From contig JAZSKX010000017.1 of assembly GCA_045535075.1 (NCBI GenBank), positions 160,001-224,000 on the forward strand: 64,000 nucleotides of DNA, read 5' to 3'. How positions within the stretch are numbered: the stretch's first letter is position 1; the number at the start of each line of letters is the position of its first letter. The position numbers were made by a program, and so were the translations under genes. Shown here one piece after another: positions 48,790 through 58,644 of this stretch. Under the pieces are notes generated by a model. That model was not told where the DNA came from, searched no databases, and worked only from the letters and a program-made list of their open reading frames with translations. Origin of the DNA: Candidatus Spyradenecus sp. (GTDB taxonomy: Bacteria; Verrucomicrobiota; Verrucomicrobiia; Opitutales; UBA953).

Positions 48790-49365
48790 ATGAGCACAGC
48801 GGTATCCATCCAATATTCCTCGAGAGAAGCAGATGCGCTTCTACGATTGCTGCTGAGCAAAATCGAACGCCCGCGTACCCTGATATTGAGCGTGGGAAAT
48901 GCGCTTAAAGAGCGTTTCAAAGCCCATTTTTTGGCACTTAATGCTTCCCGGAACTCCTCCGGACGGAATTTTTATGCGCAGTTTGGTCGAAGCTCGAACC
49001 TGCAGGTAAAAGCGAACGAAAAGGAGGGAACACTTTTTATCGGAGACGAACGCGGAATGCTTCGTCACAAAATTACGGGCGGTAGGGTCTTGCCGTCCAA
49101 GCGCTATTTGGCGATCCCGCTAACTTCGGAAGCGAAGCTGGCGGGAGCGCCTGGCGCTAAAACAATCCCGGACACCTTTGTGCGTACGGTGGGAACTCGT
49201 AAGTTTATCTCCCGAAAGACGGGAGTTGGCCGCGTAGAGAATCTGTGGGTGCTTTTGCGTTCCGTTACCCATAAACCGCATCCGGAGGCGATGCCTTCGC
49301 AGAAAGACTATGCGCGCACCGTGCAAGAGGCTTGCGAAGAATTTGCGGCAGACCTGGAGGACTAA
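48790..49365 (+). CDS. Mu gpG-like virion morphogenesis/tail completion protein
   Basis: Basic; HKITGGRVLP.KRYLAIPL; position after muF. Confidence 0.65.
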   Translation: MSTAVSIQYSSREADALLRLLLSKIERPRTLILSVGNALKERFKAHFLALNASRNSSGRNFYAQFGRSSNLQVKANEKEGTLFIGDERGMLRHKITGGRVLPSKRYLAIPLTSEAKLAGAPGAKTIPDTFVRTVGTRKFISRKTGVGRVENLWVLLRSVTHKPHPEAMPSQKDYARTVQEACEEFAADLED

Positions 49366-49368
49366 AAA

Positions 49369-49848
49369 ATGGCGAAGGAGAACCTCAACCCGATTGCCCT
49401 TGCCGAGCAGGGGATTGTCGATTTCTTGAAGAGTGTTCCTGCAATTGCCGGGCTTTTTTCGAGAGAATCTGCGATTCCGGTTTTTGCGTCCACGGACGAG
49501 AGTGCGTCCAAACTGTTCGATGCTCGCATTCGACGAAGCCTTGGGCAAAGCATACTTGTCGGCTTTACCGGTTTTACGGAAGTTGTCCATGCGACTCTTT
49601 CGAAGCAAGGGACGTTCGGGAACGGGGCTTTTAATGTGGATATTTATGCTCCGGGGATGCTCAGCCTCTCAAAAATCAAAACGACCTCGGATTTGGCGTT
49701 TGCCGTAGTGGAGGCGCTGGACGGAGTGGTTTTTGCGGAACCGTTTGCGGCGCCGCTGGTATTGCAATCGTGGACGCAGGAAGACCGGGACGGGCTTTTT
49801 GTCGCGTCGTTAAATTTCAAAACGATCCTGCAGATTGCAGACAGATGA
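49369..49848 (+). CDS. Putative tail terminator protein
   Basis: Size, position and the AVVEALDG helix. Confidence 0.5.
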   Translation: MAKENLNPIALAEQGIVDFLKSVPAIAGLFSRESAIPVFASTDESASKLFDARIRRSLGQSILVGFTGFTEVVHATLSKQGTFGNGAFNVDIYAPGMLSLSKIKTTSDLAFAVVEALDGVVFAEPFAAPLVLQSWTQEDRDGLFVASLNFKTILQIADR

Positions 49849-49877
49849 TGATTTTCACAACGAACAACTAAAAAAAT

Positions 49878-50201
49878 ATGGCTATTAAAATCATTGGACA
49901 AGGACAGTTCGGAGCAGGAACGGAAGGCGGTACGCTCGCACAATCCGTTACAACTTCGGAAACGGTAGAAGAAACGACCCTTAAAAATGCGAACGGCGAG
50001 TTTGTCGGTGTTGCGCTCGGTGATCCGGTTAAAGAAATTACGCTGGAAGTTGCGGCGTCGGACGGAGACGAACCGCCCGCTTGCGGCGAAGCCTTTGCCG
50101 GAGGCACTGTGACGGGCCGTACCAAAACGGCGGCGAATTCGGCTTATACGATGTGGTCGGTAACGGTCAAGAAGTGGGGCTCTGTCGGAGGAGGCGCATA
50201 A
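49878..50201 (+). CDS. Putative minimal tail tube protein
   Basis: 107-aa Thr/Gly-rich beta protein upstream of the chaperone and tape measure genes. Confidence 0.5.
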   Translation: MAIKIIGQGQFGAGTEGGTLAQSVTTSETVEETTLKNANGEFVGVALGDPVKEITLEVAASDGDEPPACGEAFAGGTVTGRTKTAANSAYTMWSVTVKKWGSVGGGA

Positions 50202-50202
50202 A

Positions 50203-50577
50203 ATGTCGGAAGAATCTGCAAATCCGAAGCCGGCGATTGATGCTCTTGTCGGCAAAGAATACTCCTTTCGCGGAAGGCCGCTGAAGTTTTCCATGGCGTG
50301 CTTTTTTGCATTGGAAAGCGCAGGGATTCCGCTTTCGCAAATGGATGCCAAGCCCATTGAGACTGCCGCCATTGTTTTCTACGCCGCAAGCAAACCGAAA
50401 GAGCTTGTGTGGAGTGTGATTCGCCGGGGCGTGATTGCTCAGGCAGCGGCAGAACTCGCAGATACGCTTTCGCCTGCGGAATTTATCGAAGCCAAGTCCG
50501 TAGCCGATGCTATGTTGAGCGATTATTTGGCATCGGTTGCCACCTACAGAGGTGAGGACGACGAAAAAAACCGCTAA
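50203..50577 (+). CDS. Tail assembly chaperone (gpG-like)
   Basis: Ends in slippery A AAA AAC; upstream of the tape measure gene. Confidence 0.72.
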   Translation: MSEESANPKPAIDALVGKEYSFRGRPLKFSMACFFALESAGIPLSQMDAKPIETAAIVFYAASKPKELVWSVIRRGVIAQAAAELADTLSPAEFIEAKSVADAMLSDYLASVATYRGEDDEKNR

Positions 50578-50783
50578 ACGGTTGCGGGAGCCTTTTGACG
50601 CTCTACGCAACCATGAAGCGTGAATACGGCATGAGCGATGATGAGTTCTTTTTCGAGTGTCCGCCGACGCGAATCAATGCGTTGTTTGCTGCTCTGTGTG
50701 AACACTACGGCATGCAGGGCATGGAGACTTATCGCAATAAAGAACGTCTCGTAAAATGTGCCGACTGGTTTGGAGAAATGTGA
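50568..50783 (+). CDS. -1 frameshift extension of the tail chaperone (gpT-like)
   Basis: -1 frame is open from the slippery site (50565-50571) to the stop at 50783. Confidence 0.72.
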   Translation, partial: KPLNGCGSLLTLYATMKREYGMSDDEFFFECPPTRINALFAALCEHYGMQGMETYRNKERLVKCADWFGEM

Positions 50784-50789
50784 CAAAAG

Positions 50790-52337
50790 ATGAAGAAAAG
50801 CATCGAAATTAAATTTGGCGCCCGGGGAACCGCGACTGCTGCAGCGGCGATTCGTAGCCTTTCGAGTGGGATTCGCGGCTTGGGGAATGCTGCATCGAAG
50901 GCTGCGAAGACGGGACTGAAAGCACTCTCTTACGGGATCACGGGCTTAGGAGCGTCGGCGCTTGCGGGAGTGTATGCCTTGCAGCGCGGTGTGCGAGCTT
51001 CGCTCGATTACGGGGCTGAAATGCACAAGCTTTCCAATACCCTCGGAATATCCGCCGGAGAGGTGGCTGTTCTTTCGCAAGCGTTCCGTGAAAACGGAAT
51101 GGAAGCGAATATGGTGACGTCGATGTTGCCGAAAATGCAGCGAAAAATCGCGGAGAACTCCGAAGCATTTAAAGCTTTGGGGCTCTCGACGAAAGCACTG
51201 CAGGGACGCTCTGCCGTCGAACAATTCAATGCCCTTGGCGAGGCGGTGCGTGGTGTTACGTCGCAAGAATCTAAGATGCTCGCATTGATGCAGATCTTTG
51301 AAGAGGCCGGGCCGCAGATGATGCAGCTTTTTAACAATAAGGATGCGTTCTCCGGTGCGCGAAAAACCCTGGGCGCGGAAGCGGAATTGCTTGCCGCCAA
51401 CGCTGCCGCTATGGAGCGAGCTTCAACCTTGCTTGGGAATGTCTCGGTGAAGTTGCGCGGTTTTTTCTCCGGTGTTGCCGTTGGTGTACTTAATCCGCTT
51501 TTGCGGGCTATGGAGGCGTTTAATGGGCTGGATTTTGCTAAATACGGCACACAGTTCGGAGAGGCGCTCGGCAAGCCGCTGAATGCCGCAATTCAGGCGT
51601 TTAAGGAGGGGCGTCTCGGAGAGTTTCTTGCAACGGAGTTGGAATGGGCGGTTTCCAAAATGAGGGATTCTCTCGCGCACGCGTTTTCGAACAGCGGCAT
51701 TGGTCGACAGCTTATTTCCGTGTTTGCAAATCTTGGAACTGTTTTCGGTCAGTCGGTTATGGCGGCTGTTAGCCCGGATGCCCTAAACCTTGTGAACAAT
51801 TCGGGGCGCTGGCTTGGCGCCGCTGCATATAGCCTTCAAAGTGGGGATTTCAGCCATGTGGCTCGCTTTCAAGAGGAAACGAATTTTTTTGAACGTAAAG
51901 TGGATACGGATTCCTTGGAAAATGCGCTTTCGGGACTGGGGGCGGCGGTTGCCCGTTTGGGACCTGCTGCGATGGAAACGGCAGAGGCAGAGTCGGAGGC
52001 GACGCGACGCTTGCGGGAACGACGTGATGCTTTGCGCTCGGAATTTAATTCGCGGGCTCCGGATAGCATAGCACAGTATTCAGCTCCGGTAGTGGGAGCC
52101 GAAAGAGCGGCGGCGTCGGCGGCGTCGGAAGCGAGCTCTGCGCCGAAAAAGCAGCATAATAGCCTTGCACGTATCGGCGGCTATCTCGGCGGGACGAGTT
52201 CTCCGGCGACGAGTGCTGCGATGCGTACGGCAAGAAACACAGACCGCACGGCGAGCTTTACCGAGAAGATGTCTCGCTCGTTGGAGACAATTGCGGGTTC
52301 TCTCAGATCCGGCCCCGCGACAGCCGCGTATGCATAA
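50790..52337 (+). CDS. Tail tape measure protein
   Basis: Ala/Gly-rich helical 515 aa; LSNTLGIS, AFKALGLS and C-terminal SLARIGG. Confidence 0.85.
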   Translation: MKKSIEIKFGARGTATAAAAIRSLSSGIRGLGNAASKAAKTGLKALSYGITGLGASALAGVYALQRGVRASLDYGAEMHKLSNTLGISAGEVAVLSQAFRENGMEANMVTSMLPKMQRKIAENSEAFKALGLSTKALQGRSAVEQFNALGEAVRGVTSQESKMLALMQIFEEAGPQMMQLFNNKDAFSGARKTLGAEAELLAANAAAMERASTLLGNVSVKLRGFFSGVAVGVLNPLLRAMEAFNGLDFAKYGTQFGEALGKPLNAAIQAFKEGRLGEFLATELEWAVSKMRDSLAHAFSNSGIGRQLISVFANLGTVFGQSVMAAVSPDALNLVNNSGRWLGAAAYSLQSGDFSHVARFQEETNFFERKVDTDSLENALSGLGAAVARLGPAAMETAEAESEATRRLRERRDALRSEFNSRAPDSIAQYSAPVVGAERAAASAASEASSAPKKQHNSLARIGGYLGGTSSPATSAAMRTARNTDRTASFTEKMSRSLETIAGSLRSGPATAAYA

Positions 52338-52362
52338 CTTTTAACTTTTTGGAGATCAATAA

Positions 52363-53184
52363 ATGGCAGTAACAGAGATTAAGGTTGCGAGCTCACGGGC
52401 GGAAAATCCGTGGACGTATTCGGTCGGCGCGGACGGAACCAAGACGATTACCGAGCGCAAATGCGGGACCGTGGAGGAGATGGTCAACTGGGCTCAAGCG
52501 TTTGTCGTGGGTAAGGTTTACTCTCTAACCGAGCTCGGAGATTGCCCGTTTAGCGGAAGTTGGCAGGCTTGCGGGGCGCGTGTAGATGTTCTACCCGGCA
52601 AATTTGCGACGGCCGAACGGACTTATTCAATTCCGCGAGGTGATACTGTAGGGCTCGAAAACGTTATGCCGGAGGATTTGGCTCGAGAAGAGGAATTGGA
52701 TTTAAATCCGATTGAGCAGCCGATAACCGGTGCAAAGTTTTGGCGTGATGCGTTCCCGGAAACGTGCGAAGGCAATGGAGGGACAGGCGACGGATTGGAG
52801 GCTCTTAAACGCGTCCAGCTTTACATTGATGCCCCGAGCAAAGACGAAGCAGACAAGATTAAGGCTACATTCACCTCTGAGGCCGAAGAGAAGATGGCGA
52901 AGTTTCGCATGAGCGGCGTGGAAGCCTATATGATTCCGGCTCCTGTCGCGTCAGTTACTGTTGAACGCCTTAAGGCCCCGGACGCATTTTCGGATATTTG
53001 TAAAATCGTATCGAAGCCGGAATTCGAGAAATTGTCTGCGCCGAGTGGCTTTGAGTGGCTTTGTTCGGGCGGAAGGGTTACGTGGTCTCGAGGGACGGGG
53101 AAGTTTGTCGTGACGCGGACGTGGCAAGCGGCGGAATACTGGGATCGGGATTTGTATACTGAAGCGAAAAAAGACGGCCAATGA
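52363..53184 (+). CDS. Tail tip/hub protein (hypothetical)
   Basis: Directly after the tape measure gene; ends WDRDLY. Confidence 0.6.
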   Translation: MAVTEIKVASSRAENPWTYSVGADGTKTITERKCGTVEEMVNWAQAFVVGKVYSLTELGDCPFSGSWQACGARVDVLPGKFATAERTYSIPRGDTVGLENVMPEDLAREEELDLNPIEQPITGAKFWRDAFPETCEGNGGTGDGLEALKRVQLYIDAPSKDEADKIKATFTSEAEEKMAKFRMSGVEAYMIPAPVASVTVERLKAPDAFSDICKIVSKPEFEKLSAPSGFEWLCSGGRVTWSRGTGKFVVTRTWQAAEYWDRDLYTEAKKDGQ

Positions 53185-54569
53185 TTTTACCTCCACGAGT
53201 GACCCCAGGGCAGCCGATTCGTGCCGCCCATCAAAATCTGCTTATTGACGCAGTTCGGAAGCTGAGCGGTGTTCGTCTCCAACGTATCGGAGTTCCGCAG
53301 CGCTCTCGCGCAACCGGGACGGTGTCGGTGCCGTTTGAGGTGTCGGTAGTGAACCGCGACGGCACATACTACATCCAAAATGCACCCGGCTATTGGACCG
53401 GACGCGGAACTGGCGACGTGTCACGAGGGGTGTTGCCGGATTACGATTTTGACGACGAGGGCAATCCGCAAAACCCGTGGCCTGAGATTGCCAACGAGGG
53501 GTTTGACATGTTTCGCATTCACGCTTGTGAGTGGGATTTGGGCGGGACGCTCATCGCAGGGAAACGCTACCTTGTTTTTTTGCGGGCAGATGTTTTGGGG
53601 GGCGGAGTTCTTGAAAAGCATCCGAAGATTTATCTCGTCGAGGAAGACGAGACGCTCCCGGACAGCGATCGTTTTCATATCGAAGCGTACACGGCGGCGA
53701 CGTTGGTTGCTGTTGTTAAGACGCAAATTAAAAATAATTCGGTTACCTATTCGGTTGATCAGGTCCTGGCATCGGGTTTTTCCTATTCGATTCCGCCGAA
53801 TGCGACGGCACCGTTTCGTTGGTGGCGTAAGGACGGAACTCTCAACACCTTTGGCTGTTTTGGCGGGATTGTGCGTTGCCAATCGGTTCGTTTTCGCGGG
53901 CCTGCTGTGAATAGTCCACCTTCTTGGCCCTATGATGGCGGAGAGGTTCTTTATCCGCCGGACGCTGAGTTTGAGCAGTTTAAGGAGATTACGGTCGTTG
54001 TTCCCGGGGAGGAGTTTGCATTTACGGAGGCGGAAATTGATGCCGGGGTGGTTATTTTTCTTCAGGTGGATGTCGATTCCGGGTCGGCACGAACGACGTG
54101 GATTATGCGGAGTTTAGCTAACAGCGGTCTTTCGTCGCTTAAAATAGGCAATGATCCCGGCGATGCCCCGAGCACTCCGATTGAAGTCCAACGGATTCTT
54201 TTGGGGTTGTACTTTACGGAGATATTTGTTCGGCATCCGTATGTGGACGGTCGACCGGTATGGACAAGCTGCGTTCCGATGGCAATTGTGCGGAGAGCGG
54301 GCAACAGCCGATGTCCGGATGTGCTGACGATTCGCTCCGGTGTAGTGGATGTGAGACCGATTTTGGAGCTCCACTTTGTACATTTCAGTGCGTGGTACAA
54401 GGATTACAACTGCGAGGGAGCCGTGGATCCTTCGGCGGTGGTTCAAGAGGCATTTGATGCGTCGGAGGGTGCGTTACAGGAGTTCGGCGACAAGTCCGAG
54501 TCGACGACAGCGAGCTCTTTTGCGCTCGAAAATGACGAGCTGGAACAAGCAAGTAATTTTGAAGCATGA
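53181..54569 (+). CDS. Tail-associated protein
   Basis: N-terminal PGQPIRAAHQNLLIDAV motif typical of tail appendage proteins. Confidence 0.6.
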   Translation: MILPPRVTPGQPIRAAHQNLLIDAVRKLSGVRLQRIGVPQRSRATGTVSVPFEVSVVNRDGTYYIQNAPGYWTGRGTGDVSRGVLPDYDFDDEGNPQNPWPEIANEGFDMFRIHACEWDLGGTLIAGKRYLVFLRADVLGGGVLEKHPKIYLVEEDETLPDSDRFHIEAYTAATLVAVVKTQIKNNSVTYSVDQVLASGFSYSIPPNATAPFRWWRKDGTLNTFGCFGGIVRCQSVRFRGPAVNSPPSWPYDGGEVLYPPDAEFEQFKEITVVVPGEEFAFTEAEIDAGVVIFLQVDVDSGSARTTWIMRSLANSGLSSLKIGNDPGDAPSTPIEVQRILLGLYFTEIFVRHPYVDGRPVWTSCVPMAIVRRAGNSRCPDVLTIRSGVVDVRPILELHFVHFSAWYKDYNCEGAVDPSAVVQEAFDASEGALQEFGDKSESTTASSFALENDELEQASNFEA

Positions 54570-55258
54570 ACACCATTGTTTTAACGTTTACCTATCCTGC
54601 AGATGCCGAGAAAGCAGCGCTCGGTGCGGCGTTTTTGCCTAAATCATGGCGAAAAATTTGGTGTGTTGAATCGGCTCACGCATCGCAGATTACACCACCC
54701 GAAGGCGTGGATTTGCTTGTGCGGGATTTTCCACGCGGGAACACGCTGCGCGGAGATGGGGCGGTTAATGCGCAGGCTCAGATTTATCGCGAACTCGGTG
54801 CTGAGTGCGATTGTCTTGTAAAGCTTGATTCCGACACCGTACTTTTCCGCCCGGAGGCATTCACGGCTCCGTGCGAGTTTTCCGACATTGATTTTACCTA
54901 TATCCGGAGGCACCACTTTGAATCGAGGTTACTTGTTAACGGGTGTTGTTATGCGATGTCGCGGCGAGCGATTGAGCGCCTTGCTGCGTTTCCGGCGGAG
55001 CATCCGAAAAATTTTAAGGGACATGAAGATTTGATTTTTTCGGAGTTTTTCACCTGCCAGCACAAAGATTTGACGCTTTGCCAAATCGATAAAACGAAAG
55101 TTTATTGGCACACGAAGCCCTCGATGTCGTCCCGGCACTTTGCCGCGCATTATGGCTATATTACGACTGCGCAGATGCGTGCTCTTCTCGTTGAACATCT
55201 GAAGGAATGCCGTCCCCTTTCTTCTGAACTTAAAAACCTTTATGAAATTCTACATTGA
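54566..55258 (+). CDS. GT-A glycosyltransferase-like protein
   Basis: LVKLDSDT (DxD), NGCCYAMS and HEDLIFS motifs (GT31/fringe-like). Confidence 0.72.
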   Translation: MNTIVLTFTYPADAEKAALGAAFLPKSWRKIWCVESAHASQITPPEGVDLLVRDFPRGNTLRGDGAVNAQAQIYRELGAECDCLVKLDSDTVLFRPEAFTAPCEFSDIDFTYIRRHHFESRLLVNGCCYAMSRRAIERLAAFPAEHPKNFKGHEDLIFSEFFTCQHKDLTLCQIDKTKVYWHTKPSMSSRHFAAHYGYITTAQMRALLVEHLKECRPLSSELKNLYEILH

Positions 55259-55549
55259 TACTGATAGCTTCCATGCCGTGCCGACCTTGTATGCGGATGC
55301 GGCGAATCAGAACAGCCCGAGCGCCCGATTGCCGCGCACTTCGGCTATATTTCCGAAGCGGACATTTGCATACGCATGGAGCAGATGACGGGTAATCCGT
55401 TTGCGCTTTCGTCGCAAAGCGAATACGCGAAAGCCGTTGCCGAATATTGCGAGAAAAACGGCATTAAGATTCACGAGCGGCGAATTATTTACAATTTGGA
55501 CGGGTCTCGCGTTGACGGCGAGAACCCGCCGAAACCTATTGAATGCTAA
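55242..55549 (+). pseudogene. Chimeric scar: fibre-gene 5' fragment joined to a second glycosyltransferase 3' fragment
   Basis: 55242 MKFYIDTDSFHAVPTLYADA resembles the fibre start MKIYIDTNTFPASPALYADA; another frame reads IAAHFGYIS (compare GT FAAHYGYIT) to the stop at 55549. Confidence 0.75.
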
Positions 55550-55553
55550 TCCA

Positions 55554-58139
55554 ATGAAAATCTATATCGACACTAACACATTTCCCGCGTCGCCCGCGCT
55601 TTACGCGGACGCGGAAAAAACGAAGCCGTTACCGCGCATCATCCCCCTTGTGCAAGGCTTTCGCGGCGAAATCGAGGTTTGTTTTCTCGGCGAGCTTGCG
55701 CCGAAGACCGGCGACGGCTTAACGCTTGCCATGCGCCCGTATGGCACTGGCGCTGATGTCGTGCGAACGGAAACCGTTGCAGTTGTTGCCGGCGCGGAAG
55801 CCGGCGTAGCCGCAAGCGCCAAAGTCAGCCTCGCCGTAAACACGGACGCCCTGCAGGCGGCAATCGGCACACGCGAAACGCTGAACGTGCTTTGCGGCGT
55901 TATCGTGACTGACGACGCGGCGGCATTCCCGACGCGGATGGAATGGCAAATCGTATTTGCTGTTGCGGCTTCGGCGCTTCCTAATGGCGTTCCCGCGCCG
56001 GAAATCTCGCCAAGCGCAGTTGATGTGCTACGCGACGAAATCAACGCCGTCAAAACCGACCTTGCGAAAAATTACGTCAACCGAAATTCGTCGCAGGATG
56101 TTGCCGGCGTTAAATCGTTTTTGCAGGGGATTAACATCGGCAGCTCGGCAAATCCGTTTGGGGTTCCGGAATGGCGAATCGCAAGCGGCGGAATCACTTA
56201 CTTCGGCGGCGGCATGTCGATGCCCGGCAACACGAAAATTTTGCCGCAAGGCGTGTCGTCGGATGTTGTTAGTGCTCGTGCCGTAAAAGGATTAACGTCC
56301 TCGGCGGGCGAGATTCTAATCCCGGCAAAAACGGGAACGTTTGCGCTCGTTAGCGACGTGGAAAGCGCCGTCGGAAAAGCGCTCACGTCTGCCTACAAAT
56401 ACGCCGGGCAAGTGCCGACGGAGGCGGATTTGCCCGAAAGCGCAGAAAACGGCGACGTTTATGATGTTGCCGACACCGGAAAGAATTACGCTTACGACGC
56501 GAAACTCGGGCGCTGGGATGCTCTCGGAGGGACGATAAATTACGCAACAGTAGCCGAGGTGCAGGCATTGCAGTCAGCCGTCGAAGCCAAGGCGAACGAC
56601 GCGGACGTGGTGCACAGGAGCGGGAATGAGACGATTAATGGAGAAAAGAGATTTACAGCAGATATTATTGTTGACGAAGGTTATTTTCTTAAGTCTCGCT
56701 TGGGTAGGTTGTTAATTGGAAGTGAAACATCAGGGGAGAGATTTGCATCTCTTGACCACCTTTCCGTTCTCCCCCTCGGAACGACTACCGCTCTTGGCGC
56801 TCCTGCCTACGGCTTGCACGTTTCCGCGATTGGCGGCTTGCAACTGTTTGGGACGCACTTCCTGAACGGAGACATTTGGACGGACGATTCCGTTAAAATG
56901 GTAAAGAGCAATGTCTCCCTTTACTCGACCGACAAGGCTTCAATCGGATTTGACTACGCTAACGAAGTAGTTTTCCGCACGATGCCGAACGACGGCACGG
57001 AGGCAACGTACAAGCTTGAGGCGTGGAAATGGGACGATGATTCGCATTCGTCGAAATCAGCGAGCGCGGGAGTTAGGTTCCTCAAGCCGTCACAGAAAAG
57101 CGCGCTTGAGGCAACGTCTGTGTTGAACATGCAGGAAGGGGACGCACGGTGGTGGCGAGCCGGAAGTAGCTCTATTCCGATTAAACCTTCCGGGCAAAGC
57201 TCGCCCGCAGCTATATTTCTTAGTACGTATTATTCCGGTGAAAGTTTTGAGCTTTCTTTTGCAGGTCTTGAAAAAGACGGAGACGGTTACCCAGACGTCA
57301 CTTTTAAGTTCCCTTTCACGGGTGGGCAGATTGCGCTGAAATCGGACATTCCTAACATGTCGTTTGTTGACGGCGTGTTTGTTATGCGCGACAGTGTTTC
57401 GTTGAACAATAATACAGACATTGGCAATGCCGGCATTTTGTATGGGTTCGACTTCACGTATCAATATCGTTTCCCCGAGAAAACCGGCACGGTCGCGCTG
57501 TTGGACGACATCGTTCTTGGCTCGGGCGCGTCGGGGGTTAGTCCAGCCGGAGCTACAACAGGGAGCAACGTCGCCATAGGTCCGGAAGCTAAATCGCACG
57601 GTGGTGGGACAGGGTCGGAGACGGTCGCCATTGGCGCTCGGTCGAGTGCTACCGGAATGTGCTCAACAGCACTCGGGCGAGATACTATTGCGAGCAACTG
57701 TCTGGCCGTTGCGTTGGGAGCCACTGCAAACGCGACGGGCAATCAGTCAATCGCGATTGGCTGTTTTGCGATGGCAAGCGCATATAACACCATTGCGACT
57801 GGCGAAAATGCAACCGCAAGCGAAGGTGGAGCTGTCGCGATTGGTAGCAATGCGAGCGCGACAAATACAAACTCCCTCGCGATTGGACCCAACGTGAAGT
57901 GCTTCTTGGCGAAGAGCTTTCTTATTGGCGCGAAAAACGACATTTCACTTGAAGGAAACAAGCTTTGTATTGGCGCAATCAATGATGACAATCCGGGATT
58001 CTTGTTTGTGGAGCAGGATGCGAACGCCACCATCACGGGCGTCCGCATTTCCAAAGAGAACTTCATGGCAATGCTCAAGCAGTTCGGCGGTGAGGATTTC
58101 ACAGCGACGAAACCTGCGGAGGAACAAGCAACGGAATAA
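55554..58139 (+). CDS. Tail fibre/receptor-binding protein with YadA-like head repeats
   Basis: 861 aa; VHRSGNETING.KRF fibre motifs; three P.KTGT.AL..D.-type repeats; about 14-residue AIG..A.A repeats near the C-terminus. Confidence 0.82.
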   Translation: MKIYIDTNTFPASPALYADAEKTKPLPRIIPLVQGFRGEIEVCFLGELAPKTGDGLTLAMRPYGTGADVVRTETVAVVAGAEAGVAASAKVSLAVNTDALQAAIGTRETLNVLCGVIVTDDAAAFPTRMEWQIVFAVAASALPNGVPAPEISPSAVDVLRDEINAVKTDLAKNYVNRNSSQDVAGVKSFLQGINIGSSANPFGVPEWRIASGGITYFGGGMSMPGNTKILPQGVSSDVVSARAVKGLTSSAGEILIPAKTGTFALVSDVESAVGKALTSAYKYAGQVPTEADLPESAENGDVYDVADTGKNYAYDAKLGRWDALGGTINYATVAEVQALQSAVEAKANDADVVHRSGNETINGEKRFTADIIVDEGYFLKSRLGRLLIGSETSGERFASLDHLSVLPLGTTTALGAPAYGLHVSAIGGLQLFGTHFLNGDIWTDDSVKMVKSNVSLYSTDKASIGFDYANEVVFRTMPNDGTEATYKLEAWKWDDDSHSSKSASAGVRFLKPSQKSALEATSVLNMQEGDARWWRAGSSSIPIKPSGQSSPAAIFLSTYYSGESFELSFAGLEKDGDGYPDVTFKFPFTGGQIALKSDIPNMSFVDGVFVMRDSVSLNNNTDIGNAGILYGFDFTYQYRFPEKTGTVALLDDIVLGSGASGVSPAGATTGSNVAIGPEAKSHGGGTGSETVAIGARSSATGMCSTALGRDTIASNCLAVALGATANATGNQSIAIGCFAMASAYNTIATGENATASEGGAVAIGSNASATNTNSLAIGPNVKCFLAKSFLIGAKNDISLEGNKLCIGAINDDNPGFLFVEQDANATITGVRISKENFMAMLKQFGGEDFTATKPAEEQATE

Positions 58140-58237
58140 CAGATAGAGGAGAAGCTTTATGTCGGAAATCAATGTTTTGACAGCGCACGCAACGTCGTGC
58201 GTGAAGCAGACAAAAAACGTAACAGGAGAAAGAAATA

Positions 58238-58612
58238 ATGAAACAACTTATTCAAATAAACGAAGGCAATGAGGCCCCGGCGGAATTTTTAGCCGAAGTG
58301 CGGAATGGGGTCGTCCTCTCGCTTACGATTGCAGAGGATGCGACTCAAGAAGAGCGTCCCGTTACAATCGAACATGGGAATGAAGCCGGGGAATCGGTTT
58401 TGGTTTGGACTTGGCGGGAGACTCACGTCGATGACATCAGGGTTGTTGAATACGGGGCGTTGGTAACACTTTTGATTCGCTTGAAATACTCAGCAGACGC
58501 GGTCGAAGCAGCACATTGCAATGCGGCGGCGGGGCAAAATGCAGATATTGACGAAATCAATGCGTGGCGTGCCAAAGTCAAAGCGTTTGCCCGGACGATT
58601 TTCCCTGCTTGA
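58238..58612 (+). CDS. Putative tail fibre assembly chaperone
   Basis: LIRLKYSADAVEA..INAWRAKVK; follows the fibre gene. Confidence 0.55.
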   Translation: MKQLIQINEGNEAPAEFLAEVRNGVVLSLTIAEDATQEERPVTIEHGNEAGESVLVWTWRETHVDDIRVVEYGALVTLLIRLKYSADAVEAAHCNAAAGQNADIDEINAWRAKVKAFARTIFPA

Positions 58613-58644
58613 CTTGGGAGCATAATCGAGCGACACCAGTGGGC

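Noticed and set aside
53181..58612. Mu G-segment-type invertible tail-fibre cassette
   Set aside because: No invertase, no opposite-strand fibre genes and no flanking inverted repeats seen
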